Assembly: GCA_020438215.1 (NCBI GenBank)
Contig: JAGQUX010000004.1
Coordinates: 4,636 to 68,635, forward strand
DNA from: Armatimonadota bacterium
Lineage (GTDB): Bacteria > Armatimonadota > Fimbriimonadia > Fimbriimonadales > Fimbriimonadaceae
Length of the DNA: 64,000 nucleotides
Reading direction: 5' to 3'
In this document: piece by piece, positions 28,580-38,567 of the stretch
Numbering within the stretch: the stretch's first letter is position 1
Layout: every line of letters begins with the position of its first letter
The notes under the pieces: generated by a model
What the model was told of the DNA's origin: nothing
The model's input: only the letters and a program-made list of their open reading frames with translations
Databases searched by the model: none
Translations under genes and position numbers: made by a program

Positions 28580-31500
28580 ATGGTTCTAACTTCAATTATC
28601 GCGGCAGTCGCAGCTCAATCTGCCGACGGAGAGATCCGGCTCGCCCGATATCCCGATATCCACGGCGATAAGTACGTCTTCGTCTATGCATCCGACCTCT
28701 GGGTTGCAGATCGAGATGGCGGTGTTGCCCGGCGACTCACCTCCCACCCTGGTTTAGAGCAAAACCCCCGATTCTCCCCCGATGGGCAGTGGATCGCATT
28801 TACCGGTCAATACGACGGAAGCAGCGATGTCTATGTGATCTCGGTCAATGGCGGCACCCCAAAGCGCCTGACCTACGAAAACGGCACCGAGCATGTCCGT
28901 GACTGGACTCCCGACGGCAAGAAAGTCGCCTACGTCTCCAGCTACGGCAACTCGGCTGGCATGGGCAGGCTGTGGTTCGTCAGCAAAGATGGGGGTCTCC
29001 CCGAACGTACAGATGTTCAAGAAGCGTTCGATGTCAGCTTCAACTCAGACGGAAGCAAAATGGCTTTCAACCGCGCGCCGAGCCACATGTTCAACTGGCG
29101 ACGGTACCGAGGCGGAACCCAAGGCCGAATCTCATTCTGGGATTTTGCGAACAACGGCTACTCCGAAATTCCATCTGGACGTGAGCAAAACTACTTCCCC
29201 ATGTGGGTTGATGACTCTGTCTTCTACATCAGTGATAAAAATCAAGGCAATTTGAATCTATATCGCTACGATACGGGCAACAAACGAGTCACTCAGCTCA
29301 CCAACTACACCGATGGCGACATTCGCTGGCCTGGAACCGATGGCAAGACCATTATTTTCGAGCGAAATCTCCGCCTTCACGTTTACGACATCAAGTCTGG
29401 TGCGGTGAAGCAGCTCGAACCACGAGTTTCCGGCGACGACTATTCCATGATGCCGCGCTATGTGAGCATGAGCAACAGCATCAACGGTTTCGGAATCTCT
29501 CCAACTGGTAAGCGGCTCGTTGTGGAATCACGGGGTGAAATTTTCTCCGTGCCGGCGAACCGGGGCGAGGCTCGCAACCTCACCGACTCAAACGGTGCTC
29601 GCGAAAGCCTCGCGGAATGGTCACACGACGGTCAGCATATTTACTATTTGACCGATCGTTCTGGAGAAACACAGCTTGTTCGTCAGGCTCAAATGGGCGG
29701 CGAAGAGGTCGTTGTCCCTACGAATTCAGCTGATCCGCTGGAAGGCTTCCAAGTCTCCCCGGTTGGCGGCAAAGTGATCTTCACCACCACTACCGACGAA
29801 ATGTGGGTGATGGATCTGGATGGCAGGAACAAGAAGCTCATCCACAAGAATATGGGTGGACAGGTTCTCCCTTACGAATGGTCAGGCGACGGGAAGTTCA
29901 TCGTTTACGGAAAGACAGCGGCGAATCAACTCACCAGCACGGCGATCTACGATGTTGCCGCAGGCAAAAGCCACCAAGTCACCACCGGGTTCTACAACGA
30001 TTCCGGCTGGACATTAGATCGAACCGGCAAATTCCTGTACATCGCCTCTGATCGAACCTTCAGCCCGACGATGTCCTTGTTCGAAATCTCCATGATTCAG
30101 AACAACACGACTCGTATCTATGTCATTCCGCTGGAAAAGGGCTCAGAAAACCCGCTCACCCAGCCTGACGACGAAGAGCCAGTCAAATCTGATAAGGCAG
30201 ACGGCGAAGGCGATAAACAGGAAGAGAAGAAAGAAACTGAGTACGACTTCACCAACATGGAGAAGCGCATGCTCGTTCTTCCGTTCCCGCCCGCACAGTA
30301 CGGACAAATTGCTGGCGTTCGCAACGGCGTTCTGGTGCAAACAGCAACAGGTCAACTGCTTCAGTTCAGCATGGGTTCCAAATCCATCGCTCCTGTTGCC
30401 TCTGGAGTTGCATTCTTCACCTTCAACGCTGATCGTTCCAAGATGGCTCATACCGACGGCCAAAACGTCTTTATCAACGACGTTCGACCGGGAATCCAAC
30501 CTGGGCAAGGTCAAGTCACTCAGCCGAACATCGGTAACACCATCGACCCGCGCAAGGAATACGCACAGATGTTCGATGATGTTTGGCGATACCAACGCGA
30601 TGAGTTCTACGACAAAGACATGCTCGGTCTAGATTGGGATGCAATCGGTAAGAAATACCGAGCGATGCTCCCGTTCATCGGCGATCGCTCTGATTTCGAC
30701 TACATCATTGGTCAATTGATTGGTGAGCTCGGTACAGGTCACGCTTACGTGACGCCTGGCGCAGGTGGTTCTGACCCAATGAGCCAAATCACTGGTTACC
30801 TGGGCGCAGACTTCAAGGCCGTTGGCGATCGAGTGCAGATGACTAAGGTTTATCGAGGTTTCAACTTCGATCCTTCGGCTCGTGGCCCGCTCGGTGAACC
30901 AGGAATGGATGTCAACGACGGCGATTACATCTTGGCGATTGATGGCGTGCAAGTCACCGCTCAAACCGGTGTGAGTCCACTCCTCGCCGGAAAGATCAAC
31001 CGCAAAGTCAGCGTGACAGTGAACGACAAACCATCTATGGATGGCGCGCGCACCATCTCGGTACGGCCAGTTAGCAGCGAATCGAACCTCCGCTACGAAA
31101 CTTGGGTTGAAGAACGACGCCAAATGGTTTCGGAAATGTCCGGTGGCCGAATTGGCTACATGCACGTTCCCAACACCAACGTTGCCGGGATCATCGGCTT
31201 TGTGAAGGGCTTCTACTCCCAAGCGGACAAGGAAGCCATGGTTGTCGACGAGCGGTACAACGGAGGCGGCTGGATTCCAACCTTCTTCATTGAGCATCTG
31301 CAGCGAGACTTCACCAACATCATTGCTCCGCGGCACGGCGCAGAAACTGGCTTGCCCAGTAGTCTGCGCGGACCGAAAGCCATGCTGATCAACGGCTATG
31401 CCGGTTCGGGTGGCGATCTCTTCCCGTACCTGTTCAAGAAAGCTGGCCTTGGCCCGCTCATCGGAACACGAACTTGGGGCGGATTGGTCGGGATTTCCGG

Positions 31501-31747
31501 CGGACGCAACCTCATCGGTGGCGGTTCGGTGACTTCTCCAGCGTTTGGTATCTACGATCCCGACACCAAGAAGTGGATCGCAGAAAACACAGGTGTTGAT
31601 CCTGATATCAACATCGACGATCGCCCAGATCTCGCCGCGAAGGGTCAGGATCCTCAGCTAGAGCGCGCAGTTCAAGAGTTGATGAAGCAACTCAAAGAAC
31701 CTGCAAAACCGCTTCAGCGTCCTCCCTTCCCGAAAGTTGACAAGTAA
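28580..31747 (+). CDS. Tricorn-like protease (S41; propellers plus PDZ)
   Basis: PD40 repeats, GELGTGHAY, RIGYMHVP, DERYNGGG, AGSGGD, TWGG; ATG 28580 gives a signal peptide. Confidence 0.93.
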   Translation: MVLTSIIAAVAAQSADGEIRLARYPDIHGDKYVFVYASDLWVADRDGGVARRLTSHPGLEQNPRFSPDGQWIAFTGQYDGSSDVYVISVNGGTPKRLTYENGTEHVRDWTPDGKKVAYVSSYGNSAGMGRLWFVSKDGGLPERTDVQEAFDVSFNSDGSKMAFNRAPSHMFNWRRYRGGTQGRISFWDFANNGYSEIPSGREQNYFPMWVDDSVFYISDKNQGNLNLYRYDTGNKRVTQLTNYTDGDIRWPGTDGKTIIFERNLRLHVYDIKSGAVKQLEPRVSGDDYSMMPRYVSMSNSINGFGISPTGKRLVVESRGEIFSVPANRGEARNLTDSNGARESLAEWSHDGQHIYYLTDRSGETQLVRQAQMGGEEVVVPTNSADPLEGFQVSPVGGKVIFTTTTDEMWVMDLDGRNKKLIHKNMGGQVLPYEWSGDGKFIVYGKTAANQLTSTAIYDVAAGKSHQVTTGFYNDSGWTLDRTGKFLYIASDRTFSPTMSLFEISMIQNNTTRIYVIPLEKGSENPLTQPDDEEPVKSDKADGEGDKQEEKKETEYDFTNMEKRMLVLPFPPAQYGQIAGVRNGVLVQTATGQLLQFSMGSKSIAPVASGVAFFTFNADRSKMAHTDGQNVFINDVRPGIQPGQGQVTQPNIGNTIDPRKEYAQMFDDVWRYQRDEFYDKDMLGLDWDAIGKKYRAMLPFIGDRSDFDYIIGQLIGELGTGHAYVTPGAGGSDPMSQITGYLGADFKAVGDRVQMTKVYRGFNFDPSARGPLGEPGMDVNDGDYILAIDGVQVTAQTGVSPLLAGKINRKVSVTVNDKPSMDGARTISVRPVSSESNLRYETWVEERRQMVSEMSGGRIGYMHVPNTNVAGIIGFVKGFYSQADKEAMVVDERYNGGGWIPTFFIEHLQRDFTNIIAPRHGAETGLPSSLRGPKAMLINGYAGSGGDLFPYLFKKAGLGPLIGTRTWGGLVGISGGRNLIGGGSVTSPAFGIYDPDTKKWIAENTGVDPDINIDDRPDLAAKGQDPQLERAVQELMKQLKEPAKPLQRPPFPKVDK

Positions 31748-31774
31748 ATTCAGCTTTCACCCTGTAGAAAATAC

Positions 31775-31815
31775 GAGGGACTCCCGAGATAAAAAACCGG
31801 GAGTCTCTCGCTTTT
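31775..31815 (+). terminator. Probable terminator after tricorn protease
   Basis: GAGGGACTCCCG...CGGGAGTCTCTC stem then CTTTT. Confidence 0.65.
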
Positions 31816-31883
31816 AAGCCTGAGATTTTTCCGCAACAAGTTGGCGCATTACCAAGCGAAACAGAGGAAAACAGGAAAACGAT

Positions 31884-34800
31884 ATGGCCGATAAGTTCAA
31901 ATGGGGCAAATTAGTTGGCAAAGGAAAGAAGAAAGATAACACCATCAACATGATGGCGCCGCTCGAGCCGGATCCACCGATGGCACCGGTTGTCGATCTC
32001 AACAACACCTCCACCAATCAACCGATAGCTTCTCAACCTCCGGTGGCTCCACCTGCACAGCAAGTGAGCGAAGCTCCGAAAGAAGAGCGTGCTCCGCTAG
32101 TGATTGAGTGGAACACATATCAAGAAGAGCAACGTCAAGCAACCGGCACTGAAGGTCAACTCGTGACCGCAGGCGGTAGTAACCATCAGTCTCAAGTTCA
32201 AAATTACGGCGGTGCGCCTACCCCCATGGCACCTCCGACCTCGGCCCCAACTACGCCTCCTGTTTCTCACGCACCCATTGCACCAACTCCTTCTGCAGAA
32301 TCAGCGCCAGCCGCGCCTGCGACTCCACCAACTGGTGGATTCAGCTGGGATGCTGTTCTGAATCCAAGTGCATCTCAAGAAGTCACCCCAAAGGCTGAAC
32401 CCGAAATCCCTGCTGAGCACGCCCCCGACAATGGGATGGGGCCGATCACACGTGGCTGGGATGATGTGGAACTCACGCCTTCCGAGAAAAACACTTTAGA
32501 TACGACTTTCCGAGGTCAAGAAAGCGGCCCAATCAGCATGGACACAGTCAAGGGCGCGACTCCAGAGTCGATTGCGAACAACCCTGCATGGGATGAACCA
32601 ACATCGTCTCCAGCACCTGCGGCACCAGTTCAGCCGCCGGTCAGTGCCGCACCTCCTGCTCCGGTAACTCCACCCGTGAATACTCCTCCAGTTGAAGCGC
32701 AACCGCCAGTTGCGAGTGCGAATTCACCTGCGGAAATTGAGCCATCGATAGAAGAGATTGTCAACCAAGCGGTTGAAACCCCCACATACTCGGCTCCTGA
32801 ACCAAATGCACCTGTCGTAGAATCTTCAGTAGCTCCGGAACCTGAGTCAGCTCCTGAGCCGACCTATTCTGCACCATTGGCTGCTCAACTAGGAGACATT
32901 GATCCAATCCCAGTGCCAGAAACCAATTCTGCGCCGACTACTGAAGAGGTCACCACACCTCCAGCGAATGTTTCACCGGAAGCTGCGCAGGCACCTGCAT
33001 GGAACACGACTTCGGCGACAGCTGGTTCATTTGGTCTTCAAAATCCTTTTGAAGCGAAGCAAGAAGAGCCTATATTGACCGGCGATTCTGCACCAGAAGA
33101 TGCGGTTAACCAGGTTGAACCGATCAAAATTCCAGATTTTGAATCGAATGAAGAGTTCGATTGGTCATCGCTCGAGGCATTTGCAAAGCAAAAGGCGGAT
33201 GAGGACAAGCTCTATGCGCAGCCTGCAGCACCGACTCTTCAAGAAGAGCCTGCGGCAGAAGTCGCTCCGATTTCCATCGGAGAATCAGCGCCTGAAATCG
33301 AAGTAGCATCAGCGCCGATTACGGAGCCAGTAGACGATCAACCAAACGGTGAATTCAGCTGGTCAAAGATTATGGGCGCTCCTGCTTCTCAAGAAACTGA
33401 AGAAACGGTTGTCGAAGCTATTGAAGAGGTTGAGGAAGTCGTTGAAGAACCAGTCACGGAAGCAAATGAAGTAGCAATTCCAGTTACTGAAGTGCAAGAG
33501 ACTCCTGCTACTGAACCCGAGGCACCGGCTGCCGTAGAAACACCTACGTCGGAATCAGAAACCACCGAGGCAGCACAGCCAACATCCCGAGTCAATTGGG
33601 ATGCGCTGGAAGAAACTGCAGCCGCTTCAGAGCCTGTGATCGAGGAAGCAATTCAACCAATTGCTCAGGAGCCAGTCATCGCGCCACCAGCACCGCCTGT
33701 CCAAGAGCAGGTTGTTGCCGACGCTCGAGCTGATATTCCAGAACAATATAAGCGAATTCTCGACGAATCTGAGTTCGATGCTGCAAAGGAAGTCCGAGTT
33801 GGAGACTTGCTGCTTCAAAACGGGCTGATCACGCAAGCTCAATTGGATCGTGCACTGGAGCGACAAAGTGAGTCAAGAGAGAAGCTTGGTCAAGTACTCA
33901 TCTCGATGAACATCATGAGCGAGGAGCGATTGCTCCAGGCAGTTGCGGCGCAAAAGGGTGTGAACCCCTGGCACTTGCAACATGATGCTCCGAGCCTTGA
34001 TGCCGTCAAGATGCTGCCGGAAGGCACATGCCGGATGTTCCAGGCATTGCCAGTAGCGATTCGGGATAACCATTTGGTTGTCGCCATGCGCGACCCATCA
34101 GACGACGAAGCGAAGCATTCTCTTGCCGCCGTCGCGAAGATGGACATAGAGGTTGTTTTGGCTGATGATGCACGCCTTGCCTATGCCATTGACAAATCGT
34201 TTGGCCTCAACGAGGCGAAACGAATTGCCGAGGCGGATGAGCAAGTTGCGATGGCAATGAAGGCTTATCAAACGCTTGCGGAAGGTCAACTGGGCGTTCA
34301 TATTCCCGCAAATGAAGAATCGGTACGAGTTGTATACGGCCTTGTAGATTCCATCATACAGGATGGTATCAGCATGCAAGCGAGCGATATCCACTTTGAG
34401 CCCGCTAAGGATGCCACTTTGATTCGATATCGACTTGATGGGCGCTTGAAAACCGTGCGCGAAATCCCACGAGACCTCACCCATTTGGTTGAATATCGAC
34501 TGAAAAATCTGGCCGAAATCAACACGAATGAAAGCCGAGTTGCTCAAGAAGGACGTTATTCAGCCTCGTATGGTCCGAACCAAGTTGAAGTCCTTGTCAA
34601 TACAATGCCGAGTACACATGGTAGCCGAATCACCCTCCAAGTTCTTGATCGAACCATTGGGTTGAAGAAGCTCCACGATCTCGGGATGAACACGAAGAAC
34701 GAAAAGCTCTTCCGCGATCTCATCAACAAACCGTACGGTCTATTCTTGATCGCTGGGCCATCATCAAGCGGTAAAACGACAACTGCGTATGCTGCCCTGT

Positions 34801-35507
34801 CTGAGCTTCAATCGGAAGATCGCAACATCATTACCTGTGAAAACCCAGTTGAGTACGACCTCAAGGGTGTGACGCAAACGCAGATTAACCAAAAGGTGGG
34901 TAGCAGTTACAGCGACCAAGTTCGGTCGGCTCTCAAGCAAGATCCGGATGTCATCTTCATCGGTGAGATTGCTGATCGGCAGACCGCTGACATCGCTCTC
35001 CGCGCGGCAATGACAGGTCACTTTGTGATCGCAACTGTGCCGGGCAATGATGCTGCGTCATCTATTCCAAATCTTCTTAATCTGGGAGTTGACCCGCACC
35101 TGCTCAGCTCCGTATTGATCGGCACAATGAGCCAGCGTCTCCTGCGTAAGTTGGATGCAACTCAGCGAGAATCAACTCAGCCGACCGATGAAGAACGCTT
35201 TGTTCTCTATCGCTTCTTCAAAGAAGATGAGGTCAACGAAGTCTATCAACCAACTGGTGAGAATAGCTGGACGGGGCGTATCGCGATCCACGAAGTCTTG
35301 CCCGTCACAGCTTCGATCAAGAAACTCATTACCGACAAAGCGACTTCGCCGGAAATCCGCGAAGCAGCAATGGAAGCAGGATTTGTTCCAATGCAAAAGC
35401 TCGCAATGGACAAGGTGAAAGCAGGCGATACAACCGTCAGTGAAGCGATCCACCAGCTCGCGTTCGAGATCACCGAACCATACGGTGAAGATCGCGCTTC
35501 TGCCTAA
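31884..35507 (+). CDS. GspE/PulE/PilB family protein with MshEN domain and ~630-aa low-complexity N-terminus
   Basis: SDIHFEP, RYRLDG, GPSSSGKTTT, QDPDVIFIGEI, AMTGH, GRIAIHEVL; MshEN motif from residue 638. Confidence 0.9.
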   Translation: MADKFKWGKLVGKGKKKDNTINMMAPLEPDPPMAPVVDLNNTSTNQPIASQPPVAPPAQQVSEAPKEERAPLVIEWNTYQEEQRQATGTEGQLVTAGGSNHQSQVQNYGGAPTPMAPPTSAPTTPPVSHAPIAPTPSAESAPAAPATPPTGGFSWDAVLNPSASQEVTPKAEPEIPAEHAPDNGMGPITRGWDDVELTPSEKNTLDTTFRGQESGPISMDTVKGATPESIANNPAWDEPTSSPAPAAPVQPPVSAAPPAPVTPPVNTPPVEAQPPVASANSPAEIEPSIEEIVNQAVETPTYSAPEPNAPVVESSVAPEPESAPEPTYSAPLAAQLGDIDPIPVPETNSAPTTEEVTTPPANVSPEAAQAPAWNTTSATAGSFGLQNPFEAKQEEPILTGDSAPEDAVNQVEPIKIPDFESNEEFDWSSLEAFAKQKADEDKLYAQPAAPTLQEEPAAEVAPISIGESAPEIEVASAPITEPVDDQPNGEFSWSKIMGAPASQETEETVVEAIEEVEEVVEEPVTEANEVAIPVTEVQETPATEPEAPAAVETPTSESETTEAAQPTSRVNWDALEETAAASEPVIEEAIQPIAQEPVIAPPAPPVQEQVVADARADIPEQYKRILDESEFDAAKEVRVGDLLLQNGLITQAQLDRALERQSESREKLGQVLISMNIMSEERLLQAVAAQKGVNPWHLQHDAPSLDAVKMLPEGTCRMFQALPVAIRDNHLVVAMRDPSDDEAKHSLAAVAKMDIEVVLADDARLAYAIDKSFGLNEAKRIAEADEQVAMAMKAYQTLAEGQLGVHIPANEESVRVVYGLVDSIIQDGISMQASDIHFEPAKDATLIRYRLDGRLKTVREIPRDLTHLVEYRLKNLAEINTNESRVAQEGRYSASYGPNQVEVLVNTMPSTHGSRITLQVLDRTIGLKKLHDLGMNTKNEKLFRDLINKPYGLFLIAGPSSSGKTTTAYAALSELQSEDRNIITCENPVEYDLKGVTQTQINQKVGSSYSDQVRSALKQDPDVIFIGEIADRQTADIALRAAMTGHFVIATVPGNDAASSIPNLLNLGVDPHLLSSVLIGTMSQRLLRKLDATQRESTQPTDEERFVLYRFFKEDEVNEVYQPTGENSWTGRIAIHEVLPVTASIKKLITDKATSPEIREAAMEAGFVPMQKLAMDKVKAGDTTVSEAIHQLAFEITEPYGEDRASA

Positions 35508-35520
35508 TCAAGCAAACAAA

Positions 35521-35555
35521 TGAGGGTAGCCAATCGGCTACCCTCATTTTTCTTT
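35521..35555. terminator. Bidirectional terminator between convergent genes
   Basis: TGAGGGTAGC-caatcg-GCTACCCTCA, A-rich on the left and T5 on the right. Confidence 0.85.
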
Positions 35556-36263
35556 GCGCAGCCCGTAAATATGGAAGTTCGGCACCCGAAACTCCTCGCG
35601 ATACCAAATGTGATCCTCTGGTGGAAGCGGTTCAAGAAATTCCGTCAGTACAAATCCCCGATCGAAGAAGAGTTTCAAGATATAAGAAAGCGGACGATGG
35701 AAGTTTCTTACCCGGATCCCGCGCCATTCCAGGTCAAGCGAGAAATGCTCCATATAGCGATCAATCGTTCGATAAAGGCGGTTCCCATCATCATCCTTTA
35801 CCCACCCGTCTGATGTCGAAGCCAGGTTAGATATGGTAACAATCCTGGATTCACCACCTGGGCGAAGAACACGAGCAATCTCGTCCGCAGCTTTCTCCAA
35901 ATCAGGAATGTCGATGATAGTCAAATACGACAATACGGCGTCAAACGAATCATCCGCGAAAGGCAAGTTTTCGGCAACACCTACGCGAAATTCACCGTTT
36001 GGATAATCGGATTTCGCTTTGGCAATAAACTTCTCAACCGGATCAATCCCCACAGCTTTCACGCCGCACGAAAGCATTTTCCCGCAGTATCGCCCTTGCC
36101 CGCACCCCAAATCGAGCACTCTCTTACCAGCGAGCCCAGATAGCCACGTCTCGAGAGCAGGATCAAGAATCAGTCGGCGTGATTGGTCGCCCTCCGACCC
36201 TTGATCTACGATCCAAGCATCGGCAGACTCTTCCCAAAGCTCCAAGGGTGTTTTGTCTTGCAC
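35544..36263 (-). CDS. Class I SAM-dependent methyltransferase
   Basis: VLDLGCGQG, GIDP, AENLPF, VLRPGG. Confidence 0.9.
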   Translation of the reverse strand: MQDKTPLELWEESADAWIVDQGSEGDQSRRLILDPALETWLSGLAGKRVLDLGCGQGRYCGKMLSCGVKAVGIDPVEKFIAKAKSDYPNGEFRVGVAENLPFADDSFDAVLSYLTIIDIPDLEKAADEIARVLRPGGESRIVTISNLASTSDGWVKDDDGNRLYRTIDRYMEHFSLDLEWRGIRVRNFHRPLSYILKLFFDRGFVLTEFLEPLPPEDHIWYREEFRVPNFHIYGLRKEK

Positions 36264-36277
36264 CTTAGAATATATCC

Positions 36278-37399
36278 TTAGCCAAGACGATCAGGATTCA
36301 AGCCTTCCAGCTCCGGTATCACAAAAAGGCCATCCTTACGGATCAATTGTCCATCAAACCAGACTTCGCCGCCGCCGTATTCAGGGCGCTGAATGCAAAC
36401 GATATCCCAGTGGATCGCACTCTTATTGCCGTTGCCGCCTGGGCCCGTGTAAGCATTGCCGGGAGTGAGGTGGAAGCTGCCAGCGATCTTCTCATCAAAG
36501 AGCGTGTCCTTCATGGGATGGAGGACATGCGGGTTATAGCCCAGCGACCATTCGCCAAAGTATCGCGCGCCTTCATCGGTATCCAGAATGTCATTGAGCT
36601 TATCCGCATTAACTGCGGCGTCCGCCTCAATGATCTTGCCATCCTTCACTTTGAACCGAATATCTTTGAACTCCGTGCCTTGGTAGAGAGAAACCGTGTT
36701 GTACTGAACCGTACCGTTCGCACTCTCCTTGACCGGGCAGGAGAAACACTCACCATCGGGAATGTTCCGCTTGCCATGGCAACTCACCGAGCCAATATCT
36801 TTGATGCTGAAGGTCAAATCTGTGCCTGGCCCTTTTAGCTGAACGATGTCAGTCTTATTCATCAGTTCAACAAGTGGCTTGGCCGCCTCTTCCATGCGGC
36901 CGTAATCCACCGTTGTAACATTGAAGAAGAACTCTTCAAAAGCGGATGTGCTCATGCTCGCCATGTTCGACATGCCAGGGCTCGGCCAGCGGGTCACCAC
37001 CCACCTTGTTTGGGGCACGCGATAGCCAGTGACAACCTCTTGCCCATAAATCGTGCTCCAAAGCTTGCGCTTGTCGTCAGGCACATCACTCATTTCGCTG
37101 GCATTGTCGCCACCACGAAGCGCAATGTAGCAAGTCATCTGCTTCATCTCATGAAGCTCAATTTCTGTAGCTAACTTGACCGCGCGTTCATCCGATCCGG
37201 ATTGGAGTTGGCGGCGCACTTTCGCAGATTCCAGCCTCACGGCAACGGATGCTCCGCGCTCTTGTGCGGCTCGAACGAACTCAGCAACCGCATCTTCGGG
37301 GATGTCGAAAGCGTGGATCAGCACACTGTCATTTTTGGTGAGTTCCAGGGAGTGATCGCAGAACAGGTCGGCAAGCTTCGTGACGCGAGGGTCTAACAT
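36278..37399 (-). CDS. Aminopeptidase, M29 (AmpS/AmpT) family
   Basis: NIPDGECF, GARYFGEW, LFDEKIAGSFHL, SAIHWD. Confidence 0.92.
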   Translation of the reverse strand: MLDPRVTKLADLFCDHSLELTKNDSVLIHAFDIPEDAVAEFVRAAQERGASVAVRLESAKVRRQLQSGSDERAVKLATEIELHEMKQMTCYIALRGGDNASEMSDVPDDKRKLWSTIYGQEVVTGYRVPQTRWVVTRWPSPGMSNMASMSTSAFEEFFFNVTTVDYGRMEEAAKPLVELMNKTDIVQLKGPGTDLTFSIKDIGSVSCHGKRNIPDGECFSCPVKESANGTVQYNTVSLYQGTEFKDIRFKVKDGKIIEADAAVNADKLNDILDTDEGARYFGEWSLGYNPHVLHPMKDTLFDEKIAGSFHLTPGNAYTGPGGNGNKSAIHWDIVCIQRPEYGGGEVWFDGQLIRKDGLFVIPELEGLNPDRLG

Positions 37400-37446
37400 G
37401 GGCACAGATTACCGCCGCCATGCTGGGCCATCTCTTGTTCAGGACC

Positions 37447-37452
37447 TATAAT
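37447..37452 (+). promoter_or_regulatory. -10 box of the rnpB promoter
   Basis: Perfect TATAAT 7 nt upstream of the RNase P RNA 5' end; no clear -35. Confidence 0.6.
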
Positions 37453-37459
37453 TTCCATT

Positions 37460-37779
37460 GAGAGTTGGTCGGGTGACGGCTGTTCTGGCTTCGGCTGGGA
37501 TGGAGGAAAGTCCGGACTTCATAGGGCGCGGTGCCTGGCGCAAGCCAGGGCGGGGTAACCCGACGGAAAGTGCAACAGAAAGCAGACCGCCAGCAATGGC
37601 AAGGGTGAAACGGTGGTGTAAGAGACCACCAGCGTCCGGGGTGACTCGGACGGCTTGGCAAACCCCACCGGAAGCAAGGCCAAATAGGGAGGGGGTGAAG
37701 CTGCCCGCAGACCCTCCGGGTAGGCCGCATTAGTCAAATCGTCACACAAATACAGAATCCGGCTTATAGACCAACTCTC
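37460..37779 (+). ncRNA. rnpB: RNase P RNA (type A-like, lacking P18)
   Basis: GAGGAAAGTCC, GAAAGTGCAACAG, AAGGGTGAAA, GAAGCAAGG, ACAGAATCCGGCTTA; 11-bp P1 GAGAGTTGGTC/GACCAACTCTC. Confidence 0.97.
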
Positions 37780-38161
37780 ACTTTTCTTCTGGAGTTGCGC
37801 GTGCCTGAATAGCCTTCATTGTGAGAGTTGCAAAGAGCGAGCCCGTGCAAATCACGACACCACCTCGGATATGTGTTGCGTACCCCGGTGTGTTGGCAAT
37901 AAATACATTTATCCCCATGGTCATACCGCACAGGAGCCCAACCAATTGCCAATAATCTCGGGAGCCAAATCTGAGCGCGAGAATCCCAACGACCGTATTG
38001 ATGATTCCGAGCACGAGATACGGAATCACATTGTTCATACGAAATCCGAGCGTTGCTATGAGGAAGCCCGCAAAGGCAAAAATGGGCACAAGAACGAACA
38101 ACCGCCATGCCGTCAATTCGGAAACATTTATTCGCTGAGCACTATCCATTTCATCCACCAA
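37778..38161 (-). CDS. Hypothetical ~4-TM membrane protein
   Basis: Four hydrophobic segments; overlaps the upstream gene; stop codon overlaps the rnpB 3' end. Confidence 0.7.
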   Translation of the reverse strand: MVDEMDSAQRINVSELTAWRLFVLVPIFAFAGFLIATLGFRMNNVIPYLVLGIINTVVGILALRFGSRDYWQLVGLLCGMTMGINVFIANTPGYATHIRGGVVICTGSLFATLTMKAIQARATPEEK

Positions 38162-38567
38162 CCTTCACCGGGAATCCATCATCTTCGACGATGCGCTTGC
38201 CATCCGCGGAGTGATAACTGATCGTGTAGTTTGCTTCGTTTTCGTTGAGTATCTCTACCGACAGTTCGAATTCAGATAAGGGAAGCTGCTCGTTCGCTTG
38301 CTTGGCTCGGTTATTGATCTCGATGTAGCCTTCCGGGAAAAGGGTTTCCAAGTCCTCACCCCACTTGCCATTGATGGCGCGGTAACGCTCTGTTCGGTTT
38401 TGGAAAGTTTCGTACAAGGGGGCGAGCCAGGAATATCGGTACTCCTCTTCGGGAGGTTGATTGCGTTGCTCATTCTGCTTGCCCAGATACACCCACGTTG
38501 CTAGGAAGGCAAAGCAAGTGATTGCGAGGATGAGGAGATTGCGTTGCTTATTGATCACTCTGAACAT
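38151..38567 (-). CDS. Hypothetical protein with a single N-terminal TM anchor
   Basis: Basic N-terminus, hydrophobic helix, acidic soluble domain; overlaps its neighbours. Confidence 0.7.
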   Translation of the reverse strand: MFRVINKQRNLLILAITCFAFLATWVYLGKQNEQRNQPPEEEYRYSWLAPLYETFQNRTERYRAINGKWGEDLETLFPEGYIEINNRAKQANEQLPLSEFELSVEILNENEANYTISYHSADGKRIVEDDGFPVKVGG

